A stretch of 64,000 bases of DNA from the human T2T-CHM13v2.0 reference genome, Homo sapiens. The DNA lies in the NCBI RefSeq assembly GCF_009914755.1, contig NC_060925.1; one strand, written 5' to 3'. A program made the position numbers and the translations under genes. Positions 13,712-27,960 of the stretch are shown one piece after another (within the stretch, counting starts at the first letter, position 1; each line of letters starts with the position of its first letter). The notes below the pieces were generated by a model. That model did not search any database. It saw nothing but the letters and a program-made list of their open reading frames with translations, and had not been told where the DNA came from.

Positions 13712-14174
13712 ATAATTGTCTTAATGTTTCTCATGACCTTTGAACAATATAGCAAATATGCCTGTAGGGAATTCAAAATATAACATATATTTATTTTACA
13801 GCATTCTATAGCTCTGAAAAAACACCAATTTCAAATCTTTTTTCTTTTCTGAAAGGAAACCACTTTCTGTCCTGCCCTTCAAAAATGTACTTCTTCAATA
13901 TGGAGGTAGAGGACTGCTCCTACTGTGTAATGCCTTTGAGGGCAAAACATACATTTCTTTAAAGGACAGAGGGAAAATGATCTATGAGTTTCCTCTTGAA
14001 AATTTCTAAAGTAAGCTTATTAAGAATTGAAATGTTTTATATTTTATTAGGTATGTTTATTCTTTTCTTCAACTTTTTATTTTGCTCCCTTTATAATATG
14101 CCCAAGGAGTGCCACTGGAAAAAGAGTCATGATGGAATTAAAGTAAATACGGAGATCATTATTGTGTATCAATT

Positions 14175-14654
14175 TTAGTAGCAGTTTGCTAGGGCTGCTA
14201 TAACAAAGTACCTTGAACAGAGTGGCTTAAGTAGAGTAAATGTATTGCCTCCAGTTGTCTTGGCTAAAAGTCCAAGAAGATAATCTTCAGCCTTGGTTCC
14301 TTCTGAAGGCTGTAAAGATGAATTCGTTCCACAATTCGTTCCACATTTATCTTCTGGCTTTGGCCAGCTTATTGGCCATATTTAGCATTTCTTGACTTTC
14401 AGAAGCATCGTCCCAATCTCTGCTTTCATCTTCACATTTTCCTTGTGTGTTTCTTTGTATGTGTTCTAATTTCTCCTTTTCATAAGGACACTAGTTATAT
14501 TGGACTAGGAACCCAGCCCACCCTACTCTAATATAACCTCATCTTAACTAATTACATCTACAAGACACTATTTCGAAATAAGGTCATCTTCTGAGATACT
14601 GGGTGTTAGGACTTCAACATGTGAATTTTTGGTGAACACGAATCAGCCATAACA
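14175..14654 (-). mobile_element. MLT1C-like MaLR LTR
   Basis: agggctgctataacaaagtacc ... ggtgttaggacttcaacatgtgaattt...ccataaca. Confidence 0.85.
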
Positions 14655-14699
14655 CATGCTTAACCATCAAGTCTCAGTACACAATGGGAAGCATGACCA

Positions 14700-15160
14700 T
14701 TTTTGGCGTGAGATGAACTTGAAGAACAGCCTGATGGGTGGCAGGTGAGGAGAGGTAGATGCAGGGAAATCAGAAAGGAACCTATTTTTTGCAGTCCAGG
14801 AAAAACCTGATAATAGGCCAGAATTAGCAGAGGGTTGGCAGTGGATATGATGAGAAATAGAATTGAGACAGATAATTACAATTATATACTGTTGGATTAG
14901 ATGCTGAGTATATGAGAGAGTTATGAGTCAATGATGTTTCCTGGTTTGAGGCCTAAGCAACTAGGTGGAGAATTGTACCAATGTCAGAGATAGAAAATCC
15001 TGAGGAAGAAGCAGACTTGTAGAGTAAACCTAGAGTTTTCTGTGCTCCTGTAATGAGAAAAGCATAAAATGTCTATTAGGCATGTAAGTAATAACGCCAA
15101 ATGGTATGGGTATATATACTTCCAAATTTAATGACAGAGCCTTTGCTGGTTAAATGAACC
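14700..15160 (-). mobile_element. L2 fragment
   Basis: Antisense L2 motifs (gcagtccagg, ggcctaagcaactaggtggag, gaggaagaagcagac). Confidence 0.7.
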
Positions 15161-15449
15161 GATACTGAGCTCTGGGAGTGAACTGGGAAGTGGAGATTGG
15201 CTTTAGAAACATTTCAATTTGCAACTTTTAAAAAACTTTAAATAGTATAATTTTGAAAATGTTTCTCATTAAATGGCTAAAGTCAATTGATATGTGAACG
15301 TAATTGCAAACTCTCATGGGAAATTGAGCGTCAGCATTGAGTGATTCTGTCTAGTCTTTTTATCTTAAATTCTATCAGTGAGGTTATAGTCTTCTATAAT
15401 TCAACTCTCATCGCCCATTCCACTGCTACCACTATAGACTGACAGCTCT

Positions 15450-15845
15450 CGCTGGTCCATGTTCTCTGTCCTCCTTGTGGTTCTCTGAACATGTCAAGCA
15501 TGTTCTTTTGGCAGAGGCTGTGCACTTGATGGTACCTCTACCTGGAATTTCCTCCCCTGCCTTCAGTAGGTCTTTGTTTAAGTGTTGCCTCTTCTGAGAT
15601 CCCTTCTTTGACTATCCTACATAGAAGAGCATGGTTTCCCTCTCACTTTCTCTCTCTTCCTCTGCTTTATTTTTCTTTATAGCATTTTTCCCATTGATAT
15701 GTTACACATTTATTTAACTATTCCTTGCCTCCCTAGAATATCAACTCCATCCTTACATATTTTTAAACCACAGTATCAGCAGAGCTTAAAAGAGCATTTG
15801 GCAGATACTAGATATCCTATCTTATGAGTATTGTTGAATATGTGT
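15450..15845 (+). mobile_element. L2a 3' fragment
   Basis: ggctgtgcacttgatggtacctctacctggaa...ctagaatatcaactccat...ttgttgaata. Confidence 0.75.
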
Positions 15846-17877
15846 CAGTTATTCATAGTGAGGTCATTGATAAACTTAACCATGCTTTGCAAATATAATT
15901 AAATTACAGCATGTTCATACTACACCCATCTTGATGAAACATTGCTATTAAAATAACATTTATTATCTCAAAATTGTGAGATAATCAACTTTGGAATTAT
16001 CAAAATCAATCTTTCAATATTATGGGGATAGATTTAGCAAACAGAAAAACAGAAATCCTCCTTTATGATAATAAGAGACAGAGACGGTTTATATTCACAT
16101 ATAACTATGAATGCTATATAAATATTTGCTAATATTCTTTATAATCTAAACGAGTTTGATTTTAATTTAGGGTCTTGTATTCTCAAATACATAGTTATAA
16201 TTTCTCACTACTGAAGCTTATAGCCAGCTCTTTTATAGATTAAATTTTAATTAAAGTTGAGTTGAAATAGTTAATAGTTTGTTTACATACCACTGTTATA
16301 AAATCACATCATATATACTCTGATACATGCAAAAATAAATGTTATTAAAGAAACTTCTCAAAAATAACATAAAATGAGATTCTGTATCTATTTTATGATA
16401 TATTATTATTGTCAAATTGTCTTTCTCTTTTCACCTGTTTGAAATTAGATCTTTGCCTACTAAGCAAATTAATCATTATTAAACTGTTCTTTCTATAGAA
16501 ATAAAGCTTTTTATTTCCTTGTCAACCATCTCTCATTACAACATGTGTTAGAAGTAGCAATTTTATATTTATATTAAATTAAATTGATTTTTACTCCCTA
16601 ATATTAGTTTCAGAAAAGGGAATTATAATATTGTCATGAAATGGCAAAATACACATTATATAAATAATCACTCTCTTGTTAAAGTTTCTAGTGAGTTCAC
16701 TGTTTTTCTCACATCCATGTAAAAACTTGCTTTTGTCTCAGTTACATGTTTACAAAATTATAAATGCTATGAGAATGCACTTTACCTTTATTAAGCTGAA
16801 TGGGGGATGATATAAGCTAAATTAAATTATTGAAGTTATCATTGTTGCTCTTCATTGTGGAACCAGCTTAATTAAATTATTTCCAGCATTCGTATAAATG
16901 TCTTGAACTTTTCAACTTTGTAAAAGTGTTGGCAACCCTTTTTTTGGATTCAGAATCTAACATGGTGATTTCTGTGTTAAAGAATGACAAATGCATCTCA
17001 ATTGTTACATTTCCTCCACATTGCCTACAATACATAAAAGGACGAAGAAACAAAATTGCTTATTGCCTTAGTAGGGCACACTCACTCCTGCACAGTGAAT
17101 TTCAGAAGAAATTTAAATATGTGGGTTCATTTTAAAGCTTGCATTATTGAAGTAGTAAAGAGATTCAAAATATGAAGCACACAAAGTAGAATATAATTTT
17201 TTTTGTTTTTTATTTCTTTTAAAGAAAGTGACCTATTTTGGAAATAAAGATATAAAAGAGTCCCACAAAGTTACATATGGAGTGCACTCCTGACTTTTAA
17301 AGAAAGTGGGACTATTGCATTGAAAGTGTCAAGTTCTTTAAGAAGCCACTATCATAACTTGATAAGCATCTTGAAAAGACATTTCATTTTTGCCGCCAAT
17401 GCATGTCAAATCTCTCATCCACTAGTGACTCATTTGACACAATTTTTTTTCCTTAAAATACATGGGATAGGTAAATTTTAGATAACTTTTCTGCTGCTGT
17501 ATTAAATACCATATATCTTAGAATCAGCTAAAACACTTTAGATTTTTGTGTGGTTTTTTTTCTGGTGTTTTAAGTTTCTATCAGCTACAATCTTTGAGTT
17601 TAAGTTTGTATATTTATAAAGTTATTTCCCTAAAATTGCATGTAAGACACTGTCAATAAACATAAATATTCTCCTTGTTAATATTTTCATATAAAAATTG
17701 AAATGCAATTTCTTTCTAATTCTTATCTAAATTTCTTGATAAACCTCAGTGAGATCATTTGTAGCCTAGCAGTTGCAAATCCCTTCATCTTTAGGGCATT
17801 TATAGACCTGCCGACTGGATTTGTGTGCTATTAAAATGCTTAAAACAGACCCCATTCCTTTAAAACATAAATTTTAC

Positions 17878-17973
17878 CTGCTATCTGTATCTACATTTAT
17901 ATTTTCTATCACTTATCTAAGAATCATCTATCTATCTATCTATCCATCTATCCGACTATCTGTCTATCATCTA
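17878..17973. repeat. Degenerate (TCTA)n simple repeat
   Basis: Repeated TCTA/TCCA units. Confidence 0.8.
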
Positions 17974-19189
17974 CTGGCTGAGAGAGACAGAGAGAACACA
18001 CAATGTTTGATCTTTAGTTTCTCATAATAAAGACAAAGTTTTCTAGTAATCTTCTGCAGAAAGACTCTCTGAGAAGTTTTAATTGTCTTTATCTCTTACC
18101 CCTACGATGCTTTTTGATTGCCTTAGAATCACAATTTTTGTAGATCAATGTTTTAGTTTTTCTGGTAGTTAAATCATTATAACTAAATAAGTTTTTAGTA
18201 ATGTCTCTATAGAATGATAAATTGATACATATTTTCAGTCTTATTATGTTTCCTTTAAATTTACTTACATATATTTACTAAATACATAATTATCCATAAA
18301 TATCCTTAATTACATCTCTTGGATAAAAGTGATAAACCCTCTTTTTCAGTATTTTACAAAATATTATTAGAAATAGGGTTTATAATCACATAATTAAGTG
18401 ATATAGAAAGAAAATTTTCTGTCTATTCTGACAAATCTTCCCTCATGGCACTCATTTCCTGTGAGTGCTCATGGCATTGCGTGACTGCCTGTCACCTGAA
18501 TACCCTCATTACAGAACCCTCGCTGCTCAGTCCATCTGTTATTCATTAGAGTCCATAAAGTAATCACCACAACACACTGTACTTTGACTATCCCTCTGTT
18601 GTTTGTGTGAAAAATCGGGCAGTTTTCGGGCTGAGCGATGGAGAGAGAAGTTACCACTTTTACCTTCTTTCCCTTAGTGCTTTGATTAACCCTTACCAAA
18701 ATATAACTACTATAGAAATGCCTTTGTATGTTACACAATGTTCAAAATAGGAACAACTTGCTCTTTATGTCAGCAATTAATCTGGGGTCAGTTTCAAGAT
18801 TTAAGATTTACTTAAGGAATCTGACATTAAGATACACTGAGGAAAGATTTTTTAAAAATATTTCCTCAATGCGTTCAAGAAACATTTCCTGATCTCCTGA
18901 AATGTGCCATGTACTATTTAAAATCACTGTGATCATCGGAGAATTCATATGACTTGATAAAGAGGGAAAAGAAAGAGACAAACAGGACTCGGATGCTTGA
19001 AATGTACTGGCAGACACAATGTTGGCACCCTTGAGGAAAACAGCTTGCTGCGGGGAGGGAGCCGAAGAAAACATGTTCAGCTTTGAGGTTTATTTTGAAA
19101 TGGCAGAAAGACACAAATATAAAACTAGACCTCAAGTAAATCATCAGTGGTAGTTATATGTATTTGTCATTCATCACAGTAGCTTAGTG

Positions 19190-19425
19190 GAATTACTAAT
19201 ATTTACGGAATAATTTTCATATCCCAACTGCTATTCACAGATTCTTATCTGTTAACCATTTATATGTTCACCGCAATCATAAAGAATAGATGTAATTATA
19301 ATCTCAATTTTTCATCTGCAATAACTGAGACAAATTGTGTCAGTTTCTCAAATCCGCATAGCTAATAAGTATTTGATGGATTTTAACTTGGAAATCTCAG
19401 CTTCATATCCTATTATTTTACCTAA
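19190..19425 (-). mobile_element. MIR
   Basis: Antisense MIR core (attataatctcaatttttcatctgcaataactgagac). Confidence 0.65.
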
Positions 19426-20989
19426 ACCTACACATCTACTGTTTTTATCAAGAGCAAGTTGGCTTTACAATTCTATTCTTAACAGTTTAATCTTCCTAAA
19501 ATAAACTATTGGAGTAGATGTTTTAAAAAATATATTTTATTAATGGAATTATTTTTTATTAAATATTTTTAAAGCCACCAAAAATTATACCTATGTCAGG
19601 AAAAAATACCTGGATTGCAAAATAATTTGGATATATTGTTTGATTTTTAAAGGAAAGAACGCCTAGGTTACTTGCTCAGATGTGGCTGTTTTCTTTTAAT
19701 TTCTGAATTCTGGTGAAATAGCCACCTAACTGCTGGACTTTTTACTGTACCAAGAATTCATGCTGATTACAGCAACCAAGCTATAGATGTGTGGAGTGAG
19801 AGAGAAAAGATCTGCTAAACTCAATCAGAATTGATTTGTGAAAAATACTCAACAGTAAGTGATAAAATTATTGAAACTACTTAGTTATAAGGTGTAGTGC
19901 CTAACTAGTGGATGGTTTACCCAGATACGTTTTTCCTTGCACATTTCTTAGGGTGACCATCCCCTATTTCTAGATGTAATGCTACAGCAGTAGTTCTGGG
20001 AAGCCTAGATAGCAAAATACAGATCCAAGGGAGGCATAACAGGTCCAGAGACCAGGTTCTCATGTAAACTGTGCCAATCTGTGTCCTCTGCTTGGAATTT
20101 GTATGTTGGAATGTGAACATTTAGCCTCAGAATAGCTAGTTTCTTGAGTGGAAGAAATGTAAATTTGCAAGATGTTGGAGGCTACTTTTCAACATGTATT
20201 CTTGGAAACAGAGTTACCAGTTTGCAGCAAAACAAGGAATTATTGTTTTCAGTTTCATTTTCTATTGTTATCACAGTATCCACTGTGGTCTCTCTATGTC
20301 CTTGCCCTTGTATTATGCTTAAACACTTGTATAATTATAAAGCATTCCTTTTTTTGATCAAGCTGGAGTTGGTTTCTGTTAATTTAAACTATGATGCCAA
20401 ACTCTTATATTAATACTGTAGCTTTCAGGGAAAAACAAGCTGTTCATGATCAACTATATCAGAAATAAAGTTGGAATGTGAATTTTAAAACTTTCAGAAA
20501 GATCAAACCCCTGTATTCTTTGGGATGTAAGGAATTAAGAAGAATTGTAAAGATTAATGCTTATGCAAGGCATTTATAGGAACTGAAATTGTAAAAAAAA
20601 TTAAAGCCTGTTCTGATAATAGGAAACACTGGTTTATCAAAATTACATTGTTCTTCCATGTGTGGCAAAGCCTCTGAAATTACATTCATACTCTGTATTA
20701 GGCAAATGAATAAGTAATGGATCCCATGAGAGAAGTCATGTTCTATCAAATATTAGGAAGAGTCATACAAAGTGTGATGTACAGGTTTTGAGAGATGTAT
20801 CTTTATGTTATTTTGGATTCACCACTGAGATAAGCCTAAAAAGTCTTTGAAACTGAAAAGTAAAGAGGTTGATGGAAAACATCTGAAATTATGACCTTTA
20901 TCTGATCACATCTGACACAATGGCATAATGTGAGATTGTCCTCAAATTGTCAAATGGACTAGTATCTGTGATTGATTTCACAGTAACAT

Positions 20990-21262
20990 TGATTTTTAAT
21001 TTTTGTGGGTACATAGTAGGTGGATATATTAATGGGTTACATGAGACATTTTGATACAGACATGCAATGCATGATAATCACATCAGAATAAATGGGGTAT
21101 CCATCACTTCAAGCATTTATCTTTTGTGTTATGAAAAAATCCAATTATACTCATAGTTATTTAAAAATGTACAATTAAATCATTTTTGACTACAGTCATC
21201 CTGTTTTGCTGGCAAATACTAGGCCTTACTCATTCTTTCTATTTTTTGTACACATTAACCAG
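20990..21262 (-). mobile_element. L1MA1/L1MA2-like 3' UTR
   Basis: ttttgtgggtacatagtaggt...aataaatggggtatccatcacttcaagcatttat. Confidence 0.88.
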
Positions 21263-21381
21263 TTCGATGAGTGAAACAATTTTGTAAAATTCTTGACCTT
21301 GTATTGAAAGGGAAAATATTGTTGCAAATATAACATCAAAAGTTATAATTAACTATAGAAAAGTAAAGGAAGTTTGAATGG

Positions 21382-21518
21382 ATATATATATATATTGTCT
21401 ATGTTAAGTGTGCATGCACATGTGTGTGTATGTCTGTGTGTCCATGTGTGTGCTTAAGTATATATATACACATATATATACATATATATATGTATGTGTT
21501 TGTGTGTGTGTGTGTGTG
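21382..21518. repeat. Compound (TA)/(TG) microsatellite
   Basis: Alternating purine-pyrimidine runs. Confidence 0.9.
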
Positions 21519-22670
21519 TTGCTTTGAACAATGGCTTGCAACAGTGTTCCAAAAGTAGTTGAAAGATCTACCAATTGAAAAGGGAACACTGTTGATTTGC
21601 AGGTGGAAGGTAATTGTGAGCAGAGTCCTAACATTTAGTAAAACAAAACTGATGATAAAATGCCAGTTTTCTGGGCATGATGAGAAGCTGGATTTAATTA
21701 GTTCCAGATATGCCTGGGAGGATTGAGAAAAGGATTGGTGGTTGAATAATGAAATTCTTGTTCCTGTGACTAGGGTAATTTGGGGTGAGCACTCTCTCAT
21801 CTTAAAATGAGCAGGTAGAACTGGAAAATCTGTGGAATATTAGCTTGGCCAAGCTCTAAAACTCCATCTGAATCAGGTTAAGAATTGGTGAAAGTCTAAT
21901 ACTCATACCCTGTAAGTCACAGAATAACTATGATAGGCAAAAAAGATTCACCAGAGAGTAAAAGAACCATATACATTTGCAGCCCGTCTGAGATTTGAAT
22001 TTGGATTAAGACATTTGAATTAAAAGCCTATGTAAAAGATGTAAACATGATCACTTAATCTTACCTGAAACTAATTTTTGAAGTTGTTACTGTGAATTAA
22101 AAAAGGAATCTCATTTCTTAGTAACCAAAGAGTTTGTGAAGATTTTTCTTAACTCAATTGGACCTCATATTTCTCACACTGAACACTTTAGAGGTGAAAT
22201 AAGACACTATGAGAGGGACTATTACCCAGAATGCAAGGGTGAGGACATTACCCTCATAAACAGACCTATACACATTACTCTTGGCTTTCCAGAGAGAGCA
22301 TAATTCATGTGTATTAATGTTGATTCCATTGTAGAAACCACTGTCTATAAGGGATCATCAGTGTGACAGACATAGCCAGATATTACAACTAGATACTGTT
22401 TTGGAAACCATTTTTCTAACACTCATTTCAGAAAATAATTTGTACATCATAATCTTTGCTAAGCCTGTAAAAATTTCACTAGGAGAAGAGAAAAGCAATA
22501 TAGGAGAAAACAAATGCTTTTCCTAAACAGGAAAAGAAAACCTGCTATTGCATCTGTATCTGTACTGTCGTTGATTGGCAGATTTTTATCGTAGGAGTAT
22601 AACTACACTTTTGCTAGAATAATGTACATTAGGCAGTTAGATAAGAAAGTAAAAGTCCAGGAATAATTTC

Positions 22671-23190
22671 TGTATTAGTCAGGGCTTTCTAGAGGGCAGG
22701 ACTAATAGGACAGAGGTATATACGAAAGAGAGTTTATTAAGGAGTATTGATTCACATGATCATGCTGTGAAGTCCCACAATAGGCCGTATGCAAGCTGAG
22801 GAGCAAGGAAACCAGCTCCAGCCCCAAAACCTCAAAAGTAGAGAAGTCGGTGGTACAGCCTTCAGTCTATGGCTGAAGGCCTGAGAGCCCTGGCAAACCA
22901 CTGGTAGAAGTCCAAGAGTCCAAAAGTTGAAGAACTTGGAGTCCGTTGTTCCAGGGTAGGAAGCATCCAGCACAGGAGAAAGATGAAGGCTGGAAAACTC
23001 AGCCAATCTAGTTTTTCCATGTTCTTCTTCCTGCTTTTATTCTAGCTGTGCTGGCAGCTAACTAGATGCCCACCTAGATTGAGGGTGGGTCTGCCTTTCC
23101 CAGTCTGGCAGCATCCTCACAGACACACCCAGAAACAATACTTTGCATCCTGCAATCCAATCAAATTGACATTCAATATTAACCATCACA
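22671..23190 (-). mobile_element. MLT2A-type (HERVL) solo LTR
   Basis: TGTATTAGTCAGGG...AATATTAACCATCACA, the reverse complement of the MLT2A termini. Confidence 0.92.
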
Positions 23191-24093
23191 GTTGGTATGT
23201 AAGAAATAGAAGGATAAAGAATTGTTCTATTAGAAATATAAAATGATAGTAATTGTAATTTGTTCAACCTTGGGATCCTACTGAAAAGAGAGTGGAGGTT
23301 GAAAGCCAAGATCTTGGGGAAGAAAAGAGTTGCCTGGATGACACTCAAGAAGACAGCGTTGCAAAGGGCCTATGGTGAGACAGCCAAAAGTATGAGTCTC
23401 AGGGCCTGGTATTGTATTAATATTCAGTACTATGCTTAATCATATTGACCAATCTTACCTTTGAGATAAGGGTGGAGCTTAATTACGCGTAGTTAATGAA
23501 ACATATTCTGCTTTATATGCCACAGTGACCATTGTGAAGTTCTTTCAGTGATGCTGAAATAACTTGATCATCTATTAGTGTACACCAAAATGTCATGCTT
23601 GGATATTCTTTGATAATATAGAAAAAACTCTGAATGATAACATAAATGATGAATTAACAAAGAATTTTATAATTTCTAATACTTAACTCATTTATGCATT
23701 TTGTCAACCAGTAAATAAATCAGTGATAAAAATAAACTTTATTTTCAATGTTAATCAACCTGATTTTAAATTCATAAGGACATAGATTATTCCATTAGTG
23801 TATATTATTTAATCAAAGATTTACAGTTTCACAAAAGTATCTAAGAATATTTAAAGATTATATAATAAGTGTCTGAGTAATCAAAGTTCAGAAACTAATA
23901 TGAGTCATATGGAAACTAATGTAAATGAAAAATGTAATATAAACTTGAGTCTACAAATGAATAAAATATGAAGAAAACAATGAACTATAACTTTTTAAAA
24001 TGTGAGAGTCAAAAATCAAAATTAAAATATACTCAATAGAAATGTTGAGAAAGGGAAGTAATTTACACTGGGGAAGGAAGTTGAAAGCAGAAT

Positions 24094-24575
24094 CATACAC
24101 GATAGCATACTATTCAGCCATAAAAATGAAGAAAATTCTATCACTTTTCACAATGTGGATGAACCTGGAGGACATTATGGCAAGTGAGATAAGTCAGGCA
24201 CGAAAGATAAATGTCACATAATCTCACCTGTATGTGGAATCTTAAAAAGTTAAATATAAAGAAGTAGCAAATAGAATAGTGGTTACCATCGTCTAGGGGA
24301 ATGCGGGATGGGAAGTTTTTGGTCAAATGGTACAGAATTTCAGTTAGACAGAAGTAATAAGTTTTGAGATCTATTGCACAACATGGTGACTATATTTAAA
24401 AAGAAAGTATTATATATTTAAAAATAACTAAAAGTTATGCCTTACCACAAAAAATGATGAGGTAGTGAATATATTAATTTGCTTTAATCATTCCACATTG
24501 TATACATATATCAAATCATACATTGTACCCAATAAATATAATTATAATTTTTCAATTAAAATATATTAATAAATT
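24094..24575 (+). mobile_element. L1MA (about L1MA8) ORF2 end plus 3' UTR
   Basis: tactattcagccataaaaa...tggatgaacctggaggacattatg...gagatctattgcacaacatggtgactata. Confidence 0.88.
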
Positions 24576-24683
24576 TTTAAAAAGAAAAAGGAGAGATGGT
24601 AAAATGTATAAAACTAAAGATTATCATCTTATGTCTTCAAAACACTTTATTATTTAAAAAAAATTTTTGAGTTTCTTTAATAA

Positions 24684-24958
<275 letters not shown>

Positions 24959-25755
24959 ATTCACATATTCAAGGGGTATGTGTGATATTTTGTTACATGT
25001 CTAGAGTGTGTAATGATCAAGTCAGGGTATTTGGGAAAATAATCACCTCGAATATTATTTTCCATGTGTTAGAAACAATTCAAGTCCTCTCTTCTAGCAA
25101 TTTTAAAACGTATAGTACATTGTTGTTAACTATAGTCACCCTACTCTGCTTTCAGACAGTACAGCGTATATCTTCTATCTAACTGTACATTTGTAATAAT
25201 TAACAGTCTCTCTTTATCCCTCACTCCTACTCACACAGACTTCCCAGCCTTAAGTATCTATCCTTCTTTAACTTCACGAGATCAACTTTTTTAGCTCCTT
25301 CATATGAGTGAGAACATGCGGTATTTGTCATTCTGTGCCTGGTTTATTTCACTTAACATTATGACATTCAGTTCTATCCATGTTGCTGCAAATAACATAA
25401 TTTCATTCATTTTATGGCTGAATATTATTCTATTGTGTATATGTAACACATTTTCTTCATTCATCTGTTGACGTATACTTAGGCTGATTCTATGTCTTTG
25501 CTATTGTGAACAGTGCTGCAATAAACATGTGAGTGCAGGTATCCCTTTGATATACTTATTGTTTTTTCCTTTGGGTAAATATCTAGTAGTGGGATTGCTG
25601 GGTCATAAGGTAGTTGTATTTTTAGTTTTTTGAGAAATACCATAGTGTTTTCTAGAATGGCTATACTAATTAGCATTCTCATCAACAGTATATAATAGTA
25701 TTCTTTTCTCCTCATCCTTGCCAGCATCTGTTATGTATTTTTGTCTTTTTAACAC
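24959..25755 (-). mobile_element. L1MA4-like 3' UTR plus ORF2 end
   Basis: gtgtgtaatgatcaagtcagggtatttggg; ORF track 25479-25727 gives LPYDPAIPLLDIYPKE. Confidence 0.9.
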
Positions 25756-27810
25756 AATCGGAAAAGAAACCAGAGTATTGTCTTTTTAATGTCATTATTA
25801 TTATTATGGCTATTAGGTTGTGAATTGTTTAATTCATCCATACATATTTACCATATACTTTAATTGCAAGTTTTGAATAATAATTACAAAATGCAAAAAA
25901 CCTGGGAATATAATCATCCTTCCTATTGTATTAAAGAAAAAAATATGAATACAGCACTAGAATGTCTTATCTTAGATTGATTTCTGCTTCTAAATAAAAA
26001 TCTTATTCATAAGTTTTCCTTAATAAAATATGATTAAACTTCACATAATATTTGTTTGTATTAATCCTATTTGTGATTTCTTTCGAATTTGATTCTGAAA
26101 TGCTCAACTTTTAATTCTAACACTGAGATTTGTCTTCTAGCCATCTAACATTTTCATATTTATGTGTGTTTTATTAAGGTAATTATAGTTGAAAAACAAA
26201 AGAGAGTAAAAAGGAGAAGACTTTCCATTCAGAAATTACTTTACATGTGGTTTGTGATAGCTCTTTGTATAAAAAGATGAATAATAATAATAATAATAAA
26301 CACATCAAATTCAGCTATGTGGGAGCAATTAAAAGACATAACCACTATAAAAATTTGTGCCTCTCTCTTCGGTATTATCTTCAGAAATGTTCTTATGAAA
26401 ACTTACATATAATATCTGAAGATAGACAATAACAGCATTATTTAAGTTAATTTAACTTTGAACTGAAATCTATAATTTCAGCAAACTTTAGTATATTCCA
26501 GGTGCTTTTCTGTACGCATATAGGATACAAATATGTAAATGAAAGTTTTGCCTTCTAAAAGCTCACTTTAAAAACTAGTAAACTGACATAGAAATACTCA
26601 TTAATACATTTAATTAAAAATAATATTAATACTAATACATATATTTGTGATACATTTGAACTAAAGCATTTAAAACAATATAGTTGAAAATTTTCTTCTT
26701 GTTCCCATGCCCTATGTACATACAAGTGTCAGCTGTTATTGTAGAGATCACTCATTTTTTAAAGAGTATATTATTTTTGTGTAATAATTTATTTTAGAAA
26801 ATTATCAGTTTGATTAACTTAATACAATTCATTTTCAGACATGAATAATTTATAATGATTTCACTGACTGGAGAGAGTTCATTAAATTATATTGATCCTG
26901 TGGCATAATTGTATATGGAATGATTAATGCATGAAGTTAAATTATCAGTTATTAAACAAAGACTACTGACATCATGTCTTTCATAATTAAGAGAGTGCTC
27001 CAATACATAATGTGGGGGTAAATGATGACAATAACTAGATAATTGAAAGCTAACTATTATTAGGAACTGTACAGTAATTGGGAGATAATAATTCAATATA
27101 CAATGGTTTCCAATTATGTTCTTATTTCTATTTTATTCATTCTCTTGGCCAGCTGATCTAAGTTAGTGTTAATTAATTGGAAAGAATCCTTTATTTTAAA
27201 ATCGGTTTCATAAGGCATTGAAAGAAAAGAAACAAACCCTTAGTGATTATTTATATGAATGAAAACAATATGATCACATATAACATCTAACATATGATGG
27301 CATTTAATGAGAAATACTTTTTTTCTTTGTTTCTGTTTCATTGTTATGGATTTGTGCTGCATGACAAGAAAGAATAAGGAATTTGAAAATAAAGTATTTC
27401 CTATTACAAAAAAATATATTGTTTATTACCATGAGGAAAATTTGATCAAGTAAAGCATTGCTAATATCTTTATGTTGCTCTTTCTGTAGTTGCACATTCT
27501 AACTATAAATTATTTGATATAAAACTACAAAGTCATATTTATCTTTGTAACTTCATAGCCTAAGAAAAAGTGCTTTTAACAAAAGTAAGCAATAAATAAA
27601 AATTTGAATAAAATAATAAAATAGCAAGAGGAAGAATGTATAAATAAACGAATGACCTATGAAATATGTATTTTGGCTTAAGTGAATAAATTGTAATCAT
27701 TTTAAATACACAAAATGATTTATTTCAAAAAGTAGTTTACTTTCAAATATAGATTGAATGTGAGAAAATTTAAGGATAAATTTATTTCAAACCTGGAGTA
27801 AAAATGACAT

Positions 27811-27960
27811 CAATAATAGCTCACGTTTTTTGAATGCTTGCCATGAACCAGTTACTCTTTTAAGAGCCTAATGCATAATCAGGTTTAATTCTGGATATGA
27901 ATCTATAAGGAAAATGCAAATTTGATTTAGCTTTATGATAATATTAAAATTTACAGATTC
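27811..27960 (-). mobile_element. MIR fragment
   Basis: aataatagctcacgttttttgaatgcttgccatgaaccag. Confidence 0.6.
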
